DNA of 64,000 bases from Nemertoderma westbladi (GCA_032718475.1 JAUCBJ010001719.1:1-64000); one strand, 5' to 3'. Shown: positions 37,149 to 49,740, numbered from the stretch's first letter. Notes: generated by a model from the letters alone, not told the origin. Numbers and translations are program-made.

Positions 37149-40079
37149 CCCTATTGAAAAGTTTTACATGTACGCCGAGCACGTTCGGCGCAGCACTAGA
37201 ACTTGCGCCGGGAGCTGGCGCAGAAATGTGCTACGCCGGGCAATGAGCCGGAAGGGTCGGCGCAGAGATGTGCTACGCCGGCGTAGCCGGCGGAGCACTG
37301 CCAATGGTAGAGATGCTGCGCTCGGCGCAGCAGGCGTCGAAATATTCCCGGCGTCGACGCTGCAGAAATTGACCCGGCGCCGGAGCAGGAATCAGCCCAG
37401 CACACCCGGCGTACATATTTGCCTGGCGCAGAAATCAGCCGAACCTAGCACCAGGCAGACAGTGAGACTGAGACAACAGACATGCGTTCATCAGACCAAC
37501 AGCACAGCAACACAATAACAACTGGCATTGCAGGAGGGAGAAAGGAAACTCACACTGCAGCACTGGCTGACTGCAACTGGTCATTTATTTACGTATTTAA
37601 CCTTATGCTGTTATGCAGTAGGCAGGTAGGCTATCACAGTTCCAGCTATCAGCTGATCAGTCATTATTGCTATTGGTCATAGTCAGATTATTTATTTTAC
37701 ATAATATTGCTGTATTGTATAAGCTATATTTATATTATATTATATTATTTGGATGGAGACACCGCTGTCATAGAAGCGTATAAATAAAACTGCACATATA
37801 ATAAAACAGGCAGACAGAATGAAGTTGAATAGTGAATAAAACAAAACGACTTATACTATGGCACTATTGATAATGAAACAATTTATTACCGACACACATG
37901 TGTAACCATTGGAAATTGAGTTCAATGACTCCAAGTGCAAGGTCATGCATGCATCTAGGTTCTAGAAATCCCCAAGCAACTTTTTACACAATGAATGTAC
38001 GGACACTTTTATCGGCAACCGAGGAACGTGATTTTGGAATTACATTTACACCAGACTTGTCCTTCACAGCATCACAGCTCACTGCACAAAGACTGCAGCC
38101 CGCTCTATGCGAGTCGTACATTTAATACGAAGAACTTTTACATATTTGGAAGCTCCGATGTTTACCCTCTGACCCTGTTATACAAATCCCTTGTTCGGCC
38201 TCTCCTTGAATACGACACAGTTGTTTGTTCGCCATTCCTCCGACATGATAAATATTGAACGTCTTGAACAAGTACAACACCGTGTGGTCACTCGCCTTGT
38301 ACAGTTGTACTATCGCTGGCTGAGTTGTCATATGAAAACCGACTACTTGCACTCAAACTACCGACATTAATATATTGCCGTGTACTAGCCGACCTTATAA
38401 CAACATACAAGTTTATCAACGGGATTAACAAAATTGAGCGAAGTAATTTCTTCCAGTTTCGTTCCTAACTCCACCAATGCTAACACGCAACAACTTTGCA
38501 GACACCGTTGTAAACATTTGGAATCCTTTACCATTACCGGAAAGTGTTGTTAATGCACGTAATACCCTTGGTACTCAATGATTGAGCATATTCAAAAAAA
38601 GACTAGACTGCGAAATGTCCCTTAAAATGAATATATAGTGATACTCCTGTGCCCCAAGTGGCAGTAGCGAAAGCGAAAACGATTTCTTTATTAAAATCTA
38701 GCTACAGTACCTATTATTTTCATTTTTTCAATCCCAAAAAAACATTTTTTTGTGTTAAATTTTAAAATAGAGTTTTTTATGTTTAATTGTTTTCCTATCT
38801 TTTGTAGTTACTTTACTTTGCGCGTTTTATTTCTACAGTAATATTTTACTTATGCGACATACGGTACTACTGTACAGTACAGTGTACCTGCGGTACCAAA
38901 TTTATGTTCCGTATAACTATGTATTGTTGTGTTGTATCCTATAGTGTATTGTAAACTTGTCCTTATTAATATGTTTGCCTTTAGTACTGTATGTTGTTGA
39001 AGCCCTTGAACCTACTGTAAGTATGCTTTGCCGGTTTTTAATTTAATTTTAGTGTAATTTCATTTTTTTTTATAATTAATATGCACCAACTGTACTGTAA
39101 GTACTGTAAATAAACTATAATTTTAAATATTTTACTAATTTTACCTGAATACCATTATCCGTATTTTTAGTACAATAGTACATACGCTTATTAGCGTACT
39201 TTGCCAGATGTGTTCATTTTATTTTAATCTACTGTACGTGTATGTACATGTGCAAAAATTAATATTATATTGTTATTCTGGCGATATTAATAACATAACA
39301 TATATACAGCTAGTCATTATTCATTCAGACATACCGTATCTGTAGCATAGACGTATACCAGACCACAGTACGTAGTATGTAATAAAGTAGAACGTAGTAC
39401 ATAAATACAAGGACTAGGCCTACACTGAAGTAGTCTTTAATATTCTTTCTATAATTCATATTGTAACATTTGAGTAATTTCAAAAAATGTATACTTTACT
39501 TGACAACAAAAATTTACATGCAGTGTTTCTTAAGTAGTTGTTTCGTAATGTTACACTTTTGGAATAAAACAACGTACCTACTGTACTTGTTGCATTTGTC
39601 TTTATTAAGGTTTTCCGTCTCTGTATCCTTATTTTCATTTCACCCACCCACAACTTTCGTTCGTTTACAGGTTTAAGTAAACTCGGATTTGTGCAGCTGC
39701 AGTATTATAGATAACCGAATAAACTACAGGTACTGTACAGTATAACAGGCTGATTTTATGTTTTATACCAGTCAGCCCGATGCGGCTTTGAAGAGCCGGT
39801 GGAAGATTTTTCACCCGGCGCAGAATTTTGCATTGCACAGAGCCGGCGCAGGATTTTTGCACCTGGCATGGGCGTTGGTTTGCACAGAGCCGGCGCAGGA
39901 TTTTTTGCACCCGGCGTGGTTTTGCACAGAGCCGGCGCAGGATTTTTTGCACCCGGCGTGGTTTTTCACAGAGCCGGCGCAGGATTTTTTGCACCCGGCG
40001 TGGTTTTGCTCAGAGCCGGCGCAGGATTTTTGGCACCCGGCGCCGCGTTCGGCGCAGAAAATAAAACTTTTCAATAGGG
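37149..40079. mobile_element. Non-autonomous TIR element with GC-rich subterminal repeats (CMC/EnSpm-like CCC ends; assignment tentative)
   Basis: TIR CCCTATTGAAAAGTTTT; CCGGCGCAG repeats at both ends (~41-bp units at 39810-40060); no clear TSD. Confidence 0.65.
37880..38640 (+). pseudogene. CR1-group LINE, 5'-truncated decayed RT C-terminus
   Basis: Fragments KCKVM..HLG, EERDFGITFTPDLSF, LYKSLVRPLLEY, IERLEQVQ, SYENRL..LKLPTL, DLITTYKFING. Confidence 0.85.
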
Positions 40080-42999
40080 TATATAGCTTGTACCACAGTC
40101 TGACAGTACCATAATCTGATAATCAGCACAGTCAGCCTACGCTAATTTCACAGCAAAGTCCTCGTAGTAGGCCATGGGTGGTACCTACGGTGCGCACTAC
40201 AACTGACAACGGCAGTACAGCAATACGGTGTACCGTACCAATGCAGCAATGACTGAATGATTAGCGGTAACTATCTAAACTATTATATTATTATTACCGG
40301 TGGGCTAATTACTACTAGTACTGGGCTAATTAGGCCTAAACTTTAATCACCGCAAGGGTTGCCGGGGTTAATTAGATTACATGATATGGCATGTCTGCAG
40401 TGTATGGTACCGGCTGACCAGTATTGCAGTATTGAGTACAGCCTGACAGTACCGGTACACATGGTACATGCAGACAACCCCAATGTATTGCAAAATTTGT
40501 CAGAAAACCCAGCTGATTTATCCTACAGTAATAATAATTTAACGCATTTTAAATTTGGATAAATAAATTTATTATAACTGCAATAACAGTTACACTGATG
40601 CTGCACGAAGACCCCACGCAAATTCTACTTGGAAAATTTTCAAACTTTTGCTAAACAACATGTGTACCAAGTTTGGATAGATTTCATCAAGGATTGGCCG
40701 AGTTATTAACGTTTAAAATAAAATACTGAAAAAAAACGCGACAGAACGACAGAACGACAGAACGACAGGTTGATTAATGGTACCCCTACGCTAAGGCTCA
40801 CTCACTTCGTGGCTCGCCCCACATGTGTACAGGCCGGTAGACAGATTGGCCATAGATAGCTAACGAGATGGAAATCTGAATTCCATACTATTCAGTCTAT
40901 TATTGTGTTATTGCCGTGTTAGACAGATCTCGTTTAATAAATGTCAGTCAATAACATTTTACCACTGCAGAAGACTTATTTATATCCATACTTGTTTTTT
41001 CCTCATAAATATTGGGCTTATTATTTTTTGATGGGATTTCTTTGTAGTTGAATTGTCTAAGTTTTTACGCTGAGGCATTAACAGAGGGTACTGGTATTAA
41101 ATTATTTATTTGAATATCATTACTGCATCGACTGAATTTAGTACTGCGTTCTGCATTGATTATATTCCTATAAACCATTCCTGGTTTCGCATATTGCACG
41201 TATCCATAGTTATAAAGATTGCCAGTCTGCGTTTAGGAAATATATTTAAATACAAAACAGGACGAGCGCAACGACGCTTATAATAATTAAGACGAGTACG
41301 GCGTTGATTATATTCCTATACACCACCTGGCTTTGCATATTGAACGTGCGATTGGAAATAAGTTCGTTCTACCCTTCCGTGGGTGGTAGATGTCGCGGTT
41401 ATGTATTGGTGGTTGGGAAGGGTGGGGGGGTGGAGAGATTAAAAGGGGTGAACACGTACTATCCCCCTTTCTTGGATTGATTGGTGGTGTGGGTAAATTT
41501 CTCAAAATCTGATTTTGTGATACAGTCGCTCAATTTTAATTTGTATCTCATAACTGGGCCTCGTGCTGCGCGAAGGCCCCACGAACGTGTCCTGGAATAT
41601 AGTGTCGTTATTCAGGTACCTGCCCCCCCCCCCCCAAATTGTTCTACAAATCTTAATGAGATTGCATGAAATTTGAAACAGAGATAATTTCACCTCCCTC
41701 CTCTTTGCTGGGTGAGCCAGAATTTTTATTTTCGCTTTCAGTCTTTAGCTTCAAGCGTTTGAAAAAGGTGTCTCCGTCGATATTGCACCAGTTACACCGC
41801 AGTTAACCGCATTAATGAGCGTTCGAAATTTGCTTGGTTTTACATCTGCGCTAGGCTATTTTATTCTATTTAATAAATACCCAAAATTCTGGAACATTAT
41901 ATTTATTTCACATGTAGCTACAGTATGCAATAGTAATACAAAGCAAGTTATACTAAGGAAAACAGTTACAGATAGTTACAGATAGTTCTTGATAGACAGT
42001 ATCGGCGCTGCTTTTTTTTCACATTTACATTTAAAGATTAATGAATTTAAATTATTTATAATGTTAATAAAATATTTCACATATTATTGGGTGGGATCCA
42101 ATGATCAATCGTTTATTTTTACTTATGAAAATTCAACAAAAGTTCAAGTTTTTTACACTGAATTTTCGAAACATATATGATATTAATTTCATGTGCGCAT
42201 TTTTAAAACTATGATAAATTTGTCTTTTAATTGGGAATCGGTTATGCTCGCTGTCACGTATCAGCCGTGAAAATTTATTTCAGTGCTTGAGTTTAATAAA
42301 TTAATCTGAGTTGATTTAGTCTGTTTCTTACGATTTTGCTAACTTTATTAACACAGGTAGTAGATCTAAAAATATAAATCGGAAGTCACTAAGACTGTTC
42401 AATCTACCTTAATAATTTCTACAAATTTATATTAATATAGCGAACTCATAGACATATGCTTCACACAACCAGCTCGCTTGGTATTAATACCGCTGCCGAG
42501 GTATCAGGTATCGCATGGAGTTGGGTACGAGACAAACCCGATTAACTTTAAATCAATGTCTATTCCGAGTTCGATGGCTTCGAAAATAAAGTTCGCTACA
42601 GCAAACGTGCTGGTGGTTTCGAAGTTGGGTGCTGCTCCCCACTCTTTGAGTGTGATAGCACTCACTTCTGTCCAGTACATTTTGTACTTCACTCCTCCCC
42701 TCTCCTCCCACATGCTTCTTTCCCAACCGCTTATTCGTCACCCCAACCGCTTTTTCGTCCCCCCCCCCCCCCCCCCCCCCCCCTCCATTCCATAGGCGAC
42801 GGTTCCCTGCATCCACCCGTGTTAGTTGTACTGGTACTAATTCTTGCCATAGTTTGGGATACTACAGTATATTTAACAATTTACAGCACCCCGACAGTTC
42901 ATGATAAAAAATAATAAGAAAAAATAAGAAGTTCGATGGTAAGTATCCAACGAAGGGAGTGTATTGCTTCAACTGTTGTATAAAGTAGAATCAGATTTT

Positions 43000-43790
43000 T
43001 ACAGTAGTTATTATGTCGTAACACAAGATCGTTTGTTATCATGTAGGCTCAAATGTTAATTTGAGTGGTTCTTTGTAAATGAGTTTCAAATAATGATTTC
43101 ATAATGGCGCAAGGATATTCTTTAAGGTTGGTGCGCGGCGAGTTACAACTTCCAATTTATCTCGTATCCAAATCAAAACGTCAAATGTATTTTTTAGAAA
43201 AGCATCATGTTTGCTACCAAACTCGTGTAAATAATATTCAACAAACTTGCCCAAACGCTCAGTAACTGATCCACAGGCGGAATGAATATACCTCAATGGA
43301 TGATTTTCCTTGTGTGTTTTCACATTTCCAAATACTGTACCTGGTTGTGGGTCCTGGCCAATGAGCCAATCCTTGCATTCAATGATTGTTTTCAAATTTT
43401 CCATTTTAAAACAAATTGAGTCACTTTAACTAAATAATCTACAGAAGGATCCAAATCGTGCTGTTTAAAGCAAGATTTATCTTCTAAGTGTCGTTCAACA
43501 CTACTACAATATGTTGAATTTTTCAGAACAACAAATCGTTGTGAACCTTTATCTTGAATCCTAATAACACTTTCGCTCCCTATGGTGCCACATGTTTTCT
43601 TTAATTTAGTTAAAGCAATTCTCTCACTTTTACTTAAATTATCTTTTGTTTTAATTCGTTTAGATACATCAAATAAATCAGTTCTAACCTCATTCAAAAA
43701 TTGTTCTAGAATCGGATTGTTAGAGTTCAATGAAAAACGAGATTTACCGGGCCACGGTTTTTTTCGTGGATGAAAATCAGATGCTGTTTC
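43000..43790 (-). pseudogene. Penelope-like element RT, N-terminal fragment
   Basis: NLSKSERIAL..L, VIRIQDKG..FVV and VKTHKENHPLRYIHSACGSVTERLGKFV...FLKNT match the PLE pattern NL...E..AL / ADKG / PK.HK...P.RPI.S..GS.TE; frameshifted, no YxDD seen. Confidence 0.8.
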
Positions 43791-46266
43791 GCGAAGGTAA
43801 TGCAAGCTAGTATGTTGTTGACGATGACTCACTATCGGAACGAAGGTAATGCAAGCTAGTATGTCGTTCAGGATGACTCACTATCGGCACAAAGGTAATG
43901 CAAGCTAGTATGTCGCTGAGGGTGACTCACTATCGACACGAAGGTAATGCAAGCGAGTATGTCGTTGAGGCTGACTCACTATCGGCACTAAGGTAATGCA
44001 AGCTAGTATGTCGTTGAGGGTGACTCACTATCGGCACTAAGGTAATGCAAGCTAGTATGTCGTTTAGGGTGACTCATTATAGGCACGAAGGTAATGCAAG
44101 CGAGTATGTCGTTAAGGCTGACTCACTATCGGCACTAAGGTAATGCAAGCTAGTATGTCGTTGAGGGTGACTCATTATCGGCACGAAGGTAATGCAAGCT
44201 AGTATGTCGTTGAGGGTGACTCACTATCGGCACTAAGGTAATGCAAGCTAGTATGTCGTTCAGGGTGACTCATTATAGGCACGAAGGTAATGCAAGCTAG
44301 TATGTCGCTGAGGGTGACTCACTATCGACACGAAGGTAATGCAAGCGAGTATGTCGTTGAGGCTGACTCACTATCGGCACTAAGGTAATGCAAGCTAGTA
44401 TGTCGTTCAGGGTGACTCACTATCGGCACGAAAGTAATGCAAGCTAGTATGTCGTTCAGGGTGACTCATTATAGGCACGAAGGTAATGCAAGCTAGTATG
44501 TCGTTCAGGATGACTCACTATCGGCACAAAGGTAATGCAAGCTAGTATGTCGTTGAGGGTGACTCACTATCGGCACTAAGGTAATGCAAGCTAGTATGTC
44601 GCTGAGGGTGACTCACTATCGGCACGAAGGTAATGCAAGCGAGTATGTCGTTCAGGGTGACTCACTATCGGCACTAAGGTAATGCAAGCTAGTATGTCGT
44701 TCAGGGTGACTCACTATCGACACGAAGGTAATGCAAGCGAGTATGTCGTTGAGGCTGACTCACTATCGGCACTAAGGTAATGCAAGCTAGTATGTCGTTG
44801 AGGGTGACTCACTATCGGCACTAAGGTAATGCAAGCTAGTATGTCGCTGAGGGTGACTCACTATCGGCACGAAGGTAATGCAAGCGAGTATGTCGTTCAG
44901 GGTGACCCACTATCGGCACGAAGGTAATGCAAGCTAGTATGTCGTTGAGGCTGACTCACTATCGGCACTAAGGTAATGCAAGCTAGTATGTCGCTGAGGG
45001 TGACTCACTATCGGCGCTAAGGTAATGCAAGCTAGTATGTCGCTGAGGGTGACTCACTATCGGCACGAAGGTAATGCAAGCGAGTATGTCGTTCAGGATG
45101 ACTCACTATCGGCACTAAGGTAATGCAAGCTAGTATGTTGTTGAGGGTGACTCACTATCGGCACTAAGGTAATGCAAGCTAGTATGTCGCTGAGGGTGAC
45201 TCACTATCGGCACTAAGGTAATGCAAGCTAGTATGTCGCTGAGGGTGACTCATTATCGGCACTAAGGTAATGCAAGCTAGTATGTCGCTGAGGGTGACTC
45301 ACTATCGGCACGAAGGTAATGCAAGCGAGTATGTCGTTCAGGGTGACTCACTATCGGCACGAAGGTAATGCAAGCTAGTATGTCGTTGAGGGTGACTCAC
45401 TATCGGCACGAAGGTAATGCAAGCGAGTATGTCGTTGAGGGTGACTCACTATCAGCACTAAGGTAATGCAAGCTAGTATGTCGTTCAGGGTGACTCACTA
45501 TCGACACGAAGGTAATGCAAGCTAGTATGTCGTTGAGGGTGACTCACTATCGGCACGAAGGTAATGCAAGCGAGTATGTCGTTGAGGGTGACTCACTATC
45601 GGCACGAAGGTAATGCAAGCGAGTATGTCGTTGAGGGTGACTCACTATCGGCACTAAGGTAATGCAAGCTAGTATGTCATTGAGGGTGACTCACTATTGG
45701 CACGAAGATAACGCAAGCGAGTATGTCGTTGAGGGTGACTCACTATCGGCACTAAGGTAATGCAAGCTAGTATGTCGCTGAGGGTGACTCATTATAGGCA
45801 CGAAGGTAATGCAAGCTAGTATGTCGTTCATGGTGACTCATTATCGGCACGAAGGTAATGCAAGCTAGTATGTCGTTCAGGGTGACTCATTATCGGCATG
45901 AAGGTAATGCAAGCTAGTTTGTCGTTGAGGGTGACTCACTATCGGCACGAAGGTAATGCAAGCGAGTATGTCGTTGAGGGTGACTCACTATCGGCACGAA
46001 GGTAATGCAAGCTAGTATGTCGTTCAGGATGACTCACTATCGGCACGAAGGTAATGCAAGCGAGTATGTCGTTGAGGGTGACTCACTATTGGCATGAAGG
46101 TAATGCAAGCTAGTATGTCGTTCAGGATGACTCACTATCGGCACGAAGGTAATGCAAGCGAGTATGTCGTTGAGGGTGACTCATTCTCAGCACGAAGGTA
46201 ATGCAAGCGAGTATGTCGTTGAGGGTGACTCACTATCGACACGAAGGTAATGCAAGCGAGTATGTC
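43791..46266. repeat. 49-bp minisatellite, ~50 units
   Basis: Unit CACGAAGGTAATGCAAGCTAGTATGTCGTTGAGGGTGACTCACTATCGG with a few two-state variant positions. Confidence 0.96.
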
Positions 46267-46269
46267 ATA

Positions 46270-47041
46270 CTGGAACAGCTGTCAACTCGTCGTCACGAGA
46301 TGTTTGCGGTTCACCCCCTGTCCCTCCAGAGATTGATTCGCTAACTAGGAGATCCATGCAGGATCGAATCTCCTCGTACGTGTCGGGGATGATGAGCGAT
46401 TGAGGTTTCTTTGATCCCAGAACGTCCTCGATGTCCTCGAAGGTCGTAATCCTTATGTGTCAAGATTTTGCGGCCAGCTGTACGCTAATGTTGCCATTAC
46501 GTGAGCCACAGCCATATATGATACCATCCGCACGGATCTTCCTAAGGAAGTTTAGCAAACGCGAGCGATAAATCGTAAGATGGTCGCTAATCTGAACGCC
46601 TTTAGGAACATGTTTGATATTTGAAAATATTTCAGAACGCGGGGAATGGTACTTAAACTTAACAATAATTGGTGGTGGTCGTTTAGAACCAGGGCGTTGA
46701 GGGCCAAGTAGATGACAACCATCTACTGACTTCAATCCGTCGGAGACTTTTAGTGACCCCAAGATAGGTTCAATGATGTTTCGGACATCCTCACGTTTTC
46801 CTGTGGAACGAATTTCGATACCGTGTAGCAGAATGTTGCATCTGCGTCGATATTGGTGTTCAGAGTCATTGTTTAGGAAACTGGCTGTAAGGAATTGTTG
46901 GTGTTCGTTAATCTGCCTGCGTGTGCTTTCGCTTGCAGCTCTAGATATATCAATGCTGTGTTGCAGGTTCAGATAATTCGCCTCACTAGTTTTGCGTTGT
47001 TCAATTATTTCTCGGTAAACCGCGTCAAGTGTTATAGACAT
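46270..47041 (-). pseudogene. LINE ORF1-like protein (coiled coil plus RRM-type; L1/L2/CR1 ORF1 pattern), premature stop at 46460
   Basis: YRRRCNILLHGIE, HLLGPQRPGSKRPPPIIVKF, ISDHLT; the frame continues ~65 codons past the stop to the array. Confidence 0.78.
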
Positions 47042-47629
47042 AGTTGAATATCGATATCAACTGGAGCCAGGGCCTGGCATTGTAGGACCGCGGTCAGTAT
47101 GTAAAATGTATGTTGGTTGCAGTAGGTAGGCCTACGGCAGTAACAGTGCTACATAGTGCTCAGTTAATCAGCGGAAGCCAGCGGAAGTTAATACACTAAT
47201 AATTTTCGATTCCGGTTTTAGGGCTTTTGGTATAACCATCGTCGAAAGCTCCATTTTAAAACGTGCTCTCCTGATCCTCTTTGATTAGATGATAGTTTCA
47301 CGATCGTCGATCTTTAGGGGAAGACAAGTTGATGGAAGGGGTAAAGGTTTGATGGGCAACCCGGAAAACCGGCGCCAACGCAAATTACGGTACTTAAAAT
47401 ATAGCTCTATACAGCAGAATTAGCCTTCAGTAGTTCAACTGGTATGTATGTGTTGGATTACACTCCTGTTGCATGATGACAGACATTCATTTGTAAATAG
47501 GATCCAAACGTATAGTTTGTCCTACGTAGTCACGTTTTGATTGCCCAACGCCGATACGTTTCTATATGTGCTATTATATCGAACCGTGTAGGTTGTCCAG
47601 TGGCGTCACGTTTCGTTTACCAAACACTG

Positions 47630-48780
47630 TGTAAAAGCTTTTGTGGGATATAACTGGCCCTTTTGCTTCGCAATCCAGTTTCCCTTAATGCGCTCAAATA
47701 CTCTAAAGAAAAACTCCCTAACTCAAATGATGCAAGCTACCGGCTGATTGGCTGATTTGCTGTATGTATGGCCTCTTTGTTCTGTTCGATCAACCAACCA
47801 GAGCAAGGTCAACCAAGCAGAGTGATTCATCCTGTGTGTTGGCCAAGGGCTGCAAAAACCCGAATAGTTCAGCATTTAGACATTCGTGGAATCTGTGGAA
47901 TATGGAGCTCTGCCAATGAGAGCTTTTCCTCTTTGTGCTGAAAGCTACCTGCAACAGCTCACAGGGTTCAGTGTGTTGGTTTTTCCAGAGCCTAGAACAT
48001 CGGCTATGGAGTTATTCTGAATTATTCCAACATTAGAACGACTTTAATTATAAGAACACATAACTGTTACCGTACGGTACCTACTGCTGTATTGCACATT
48101 ATTTACTGCGATTTACTGTTTGTTATTAATTGTATCAGTTGTTTACATATTGTTATTTGGAGAATAACGATAAACGATCAGAAACCCCGATCTTCTTGAT
48201 ACACTAAGGTTAGAGAGACCGGTTACATATAGCAATTGCGACTTATATTATCGTGGTTTGTAGTGAATTGAATGCTATTTTATAGGCCCTACAAATGTCG
48301 GTTGCTATTCTCTTTATATATGATTAAAATCAGTGACTATCGGCAATTCAGTGTGCAGCGGTGTGCAATAGTCTGTATGTGCTTGTCCGTGTAACAAAGC
48401 ATCTCCTAAAGAATGCACCTTATGTGTAACTTATAATCCATTCCGTTGTGTTTAGTGTAAGCCATAGCTCTGTTTATATAGATAGAGCGCCACGTCCTAA
48501 AGGAACTGCTAATATTTCCCGAAAGTGAATGATATTTGTCAGAGATTATATATTAACGATCAATCGAATAGTACGGTAGGCCTGCACCGCAATCAAATTA
48601 AAGCATCCGAATCCAGTCTCCCGGGTATATCCAGCGGGTGAATGGTCGCGCATAGACTGGCTTCGGCTAATGTTGGATTTATTTGTGTCAAATACTTGTC
48701 ATAGGCTAAAGTCGATTTATAACCTAGAAGACATATAGATTTGGTGGGTTAAACTGCCAAAGGTCTTAAAAGCGCAAACA
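47630..48780 (+). repeat. 5' LTR of C
   Basis: About 7 mismatches by eye to 57951-59101. Confidence 0.96.
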
Positions 48781-48791
48781 GTAACAGTTAT
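48781..48791 (+). promoter_or_regulatory. Putative self-priming primer-binding site of C (GTAACAGTTAT)
   Basis: Abuts the LTR end, has no TGG, and is the exact complement of 48060-48070 (ATAACTGTTAC). Confidence 0.75.
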
Positions 48792-49119
48792 AATTCTGAT
48801 TGCAGTGTAGGCAATAAATACAGTTTACTATTGTTCTGATAAGAACAATAACGGTTATTGCTTCTTTATTGCCGTAAGCAATAAAGCTGAAGTACCGGTC
48901 GACCGGTAACCTGTAGGCCTAACTACCTAACCACCGGAACCGGTACTTACAGCAGTATACTGGTAGGTACATCAGTATTATTTCGATTGTGATATATTGT
49001 GTATATTGTAGGCTGTTAGGGGATTAGGGATTGATCACCCCTTATTCCTTTGCATGATTTACTTATTTCTGTCAGTTTTATTTACTAGTAGGCTAATATT
49101 GAGCAGAAGACGTGTAAGC

Positions 49120-49740
49120 CTGCTCAGATCGTACAGATAATTTGTAGGCTGGACTGTTGTCTGACTGTTGATAGGTCTGAACGGATTGCAGTGCATGTAG
49201 AGTGTATGTCCGATAAAGTGCCGGTTAGGAACGTAGGGGCAGCTAGAGCTGTAAGGTAAACCCCCCCCCCCCCCCGAAAGAATAAGTCGTACTACTAGGT
49301 TAGAACGCATACTAACTAACCATTTCGGAGTCTGCATGTCCTGTAGTTTATTTAGGCTTGATAGTAGTCTGCCAGCGTTTGGTCTGTACTTTGTTTGTAT
49401 AATCTGTACAGGTACCGTAATATTTCTCATTCAGATAATTTATAGGCTAGATTGTTGTCTGGCTGTTGTTAGGTCTTACGAGATTGTGGTGTGTGTAGAG
49501 TGTATGTCCGATAAAGTGCCGGTTAGGAAAGTAGGGGCATCTAGAGCTGTAAGGTAAATCCCCCCCCCCCCCCCCCCCGAAAGAATAAGTCGTACTACTC
49601 GGTTAGAACGCATACTAACTAACCATTTCGGAGTCTGCACATACTGTAGTTTATTTGGGCTTGATAGTAGTCTGCCAGCGTTTGGTTTGTATTTTGTTTG
49701 AGTAGTTTGTACGGGTAGCGTAATATTTATTATTCAGAGT
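49120..49740 (+). repeat. ~300-bp tandem duplication in the 2.3-kb leader of C
   Basis: Two copies of the block containing GCTGTAAGGTAAA-polyC-GAAAGAATAAGTCG; single copy in D. Confidence 0.85.

Noticed and set aside
39665-40114. Cys/Arg-rich repetitive ORFs
   Set aside because: They derive from the ~41-bp subterminal repeats of a TIR element.
40590-41760. Possible Helentron/SINE-like remnants with (ACAGAACG)n
   Set aside because: Boundaries and diagnostic ends are not clear enough to call.
43791-46266. CRISPR-like appearance of the 49-bp array
   Set aside because: No unique spacers, no cas genes, eukaryotic context; it is a plain minisatellite. The unit length is not a multiple of 3 and one minus-strand frame has TAG TGA, so it is not coding.
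42800-47620. Hammerhead ribozyme expected near a Penelope element
   Set aside because: No CTGAnGA...GAAA core with flanking stems found by eye on either strand.
48520-48745. Group I intron resemblance (TCAGAGATTATA like the R element; AAGACATATAG like the S element) in the LTR
   Set aside because: The would-be P7 3' strand differs among B, C and D, and the G-C pair of the guanosine site is absent. Kept only as an unassigned structured RNA.
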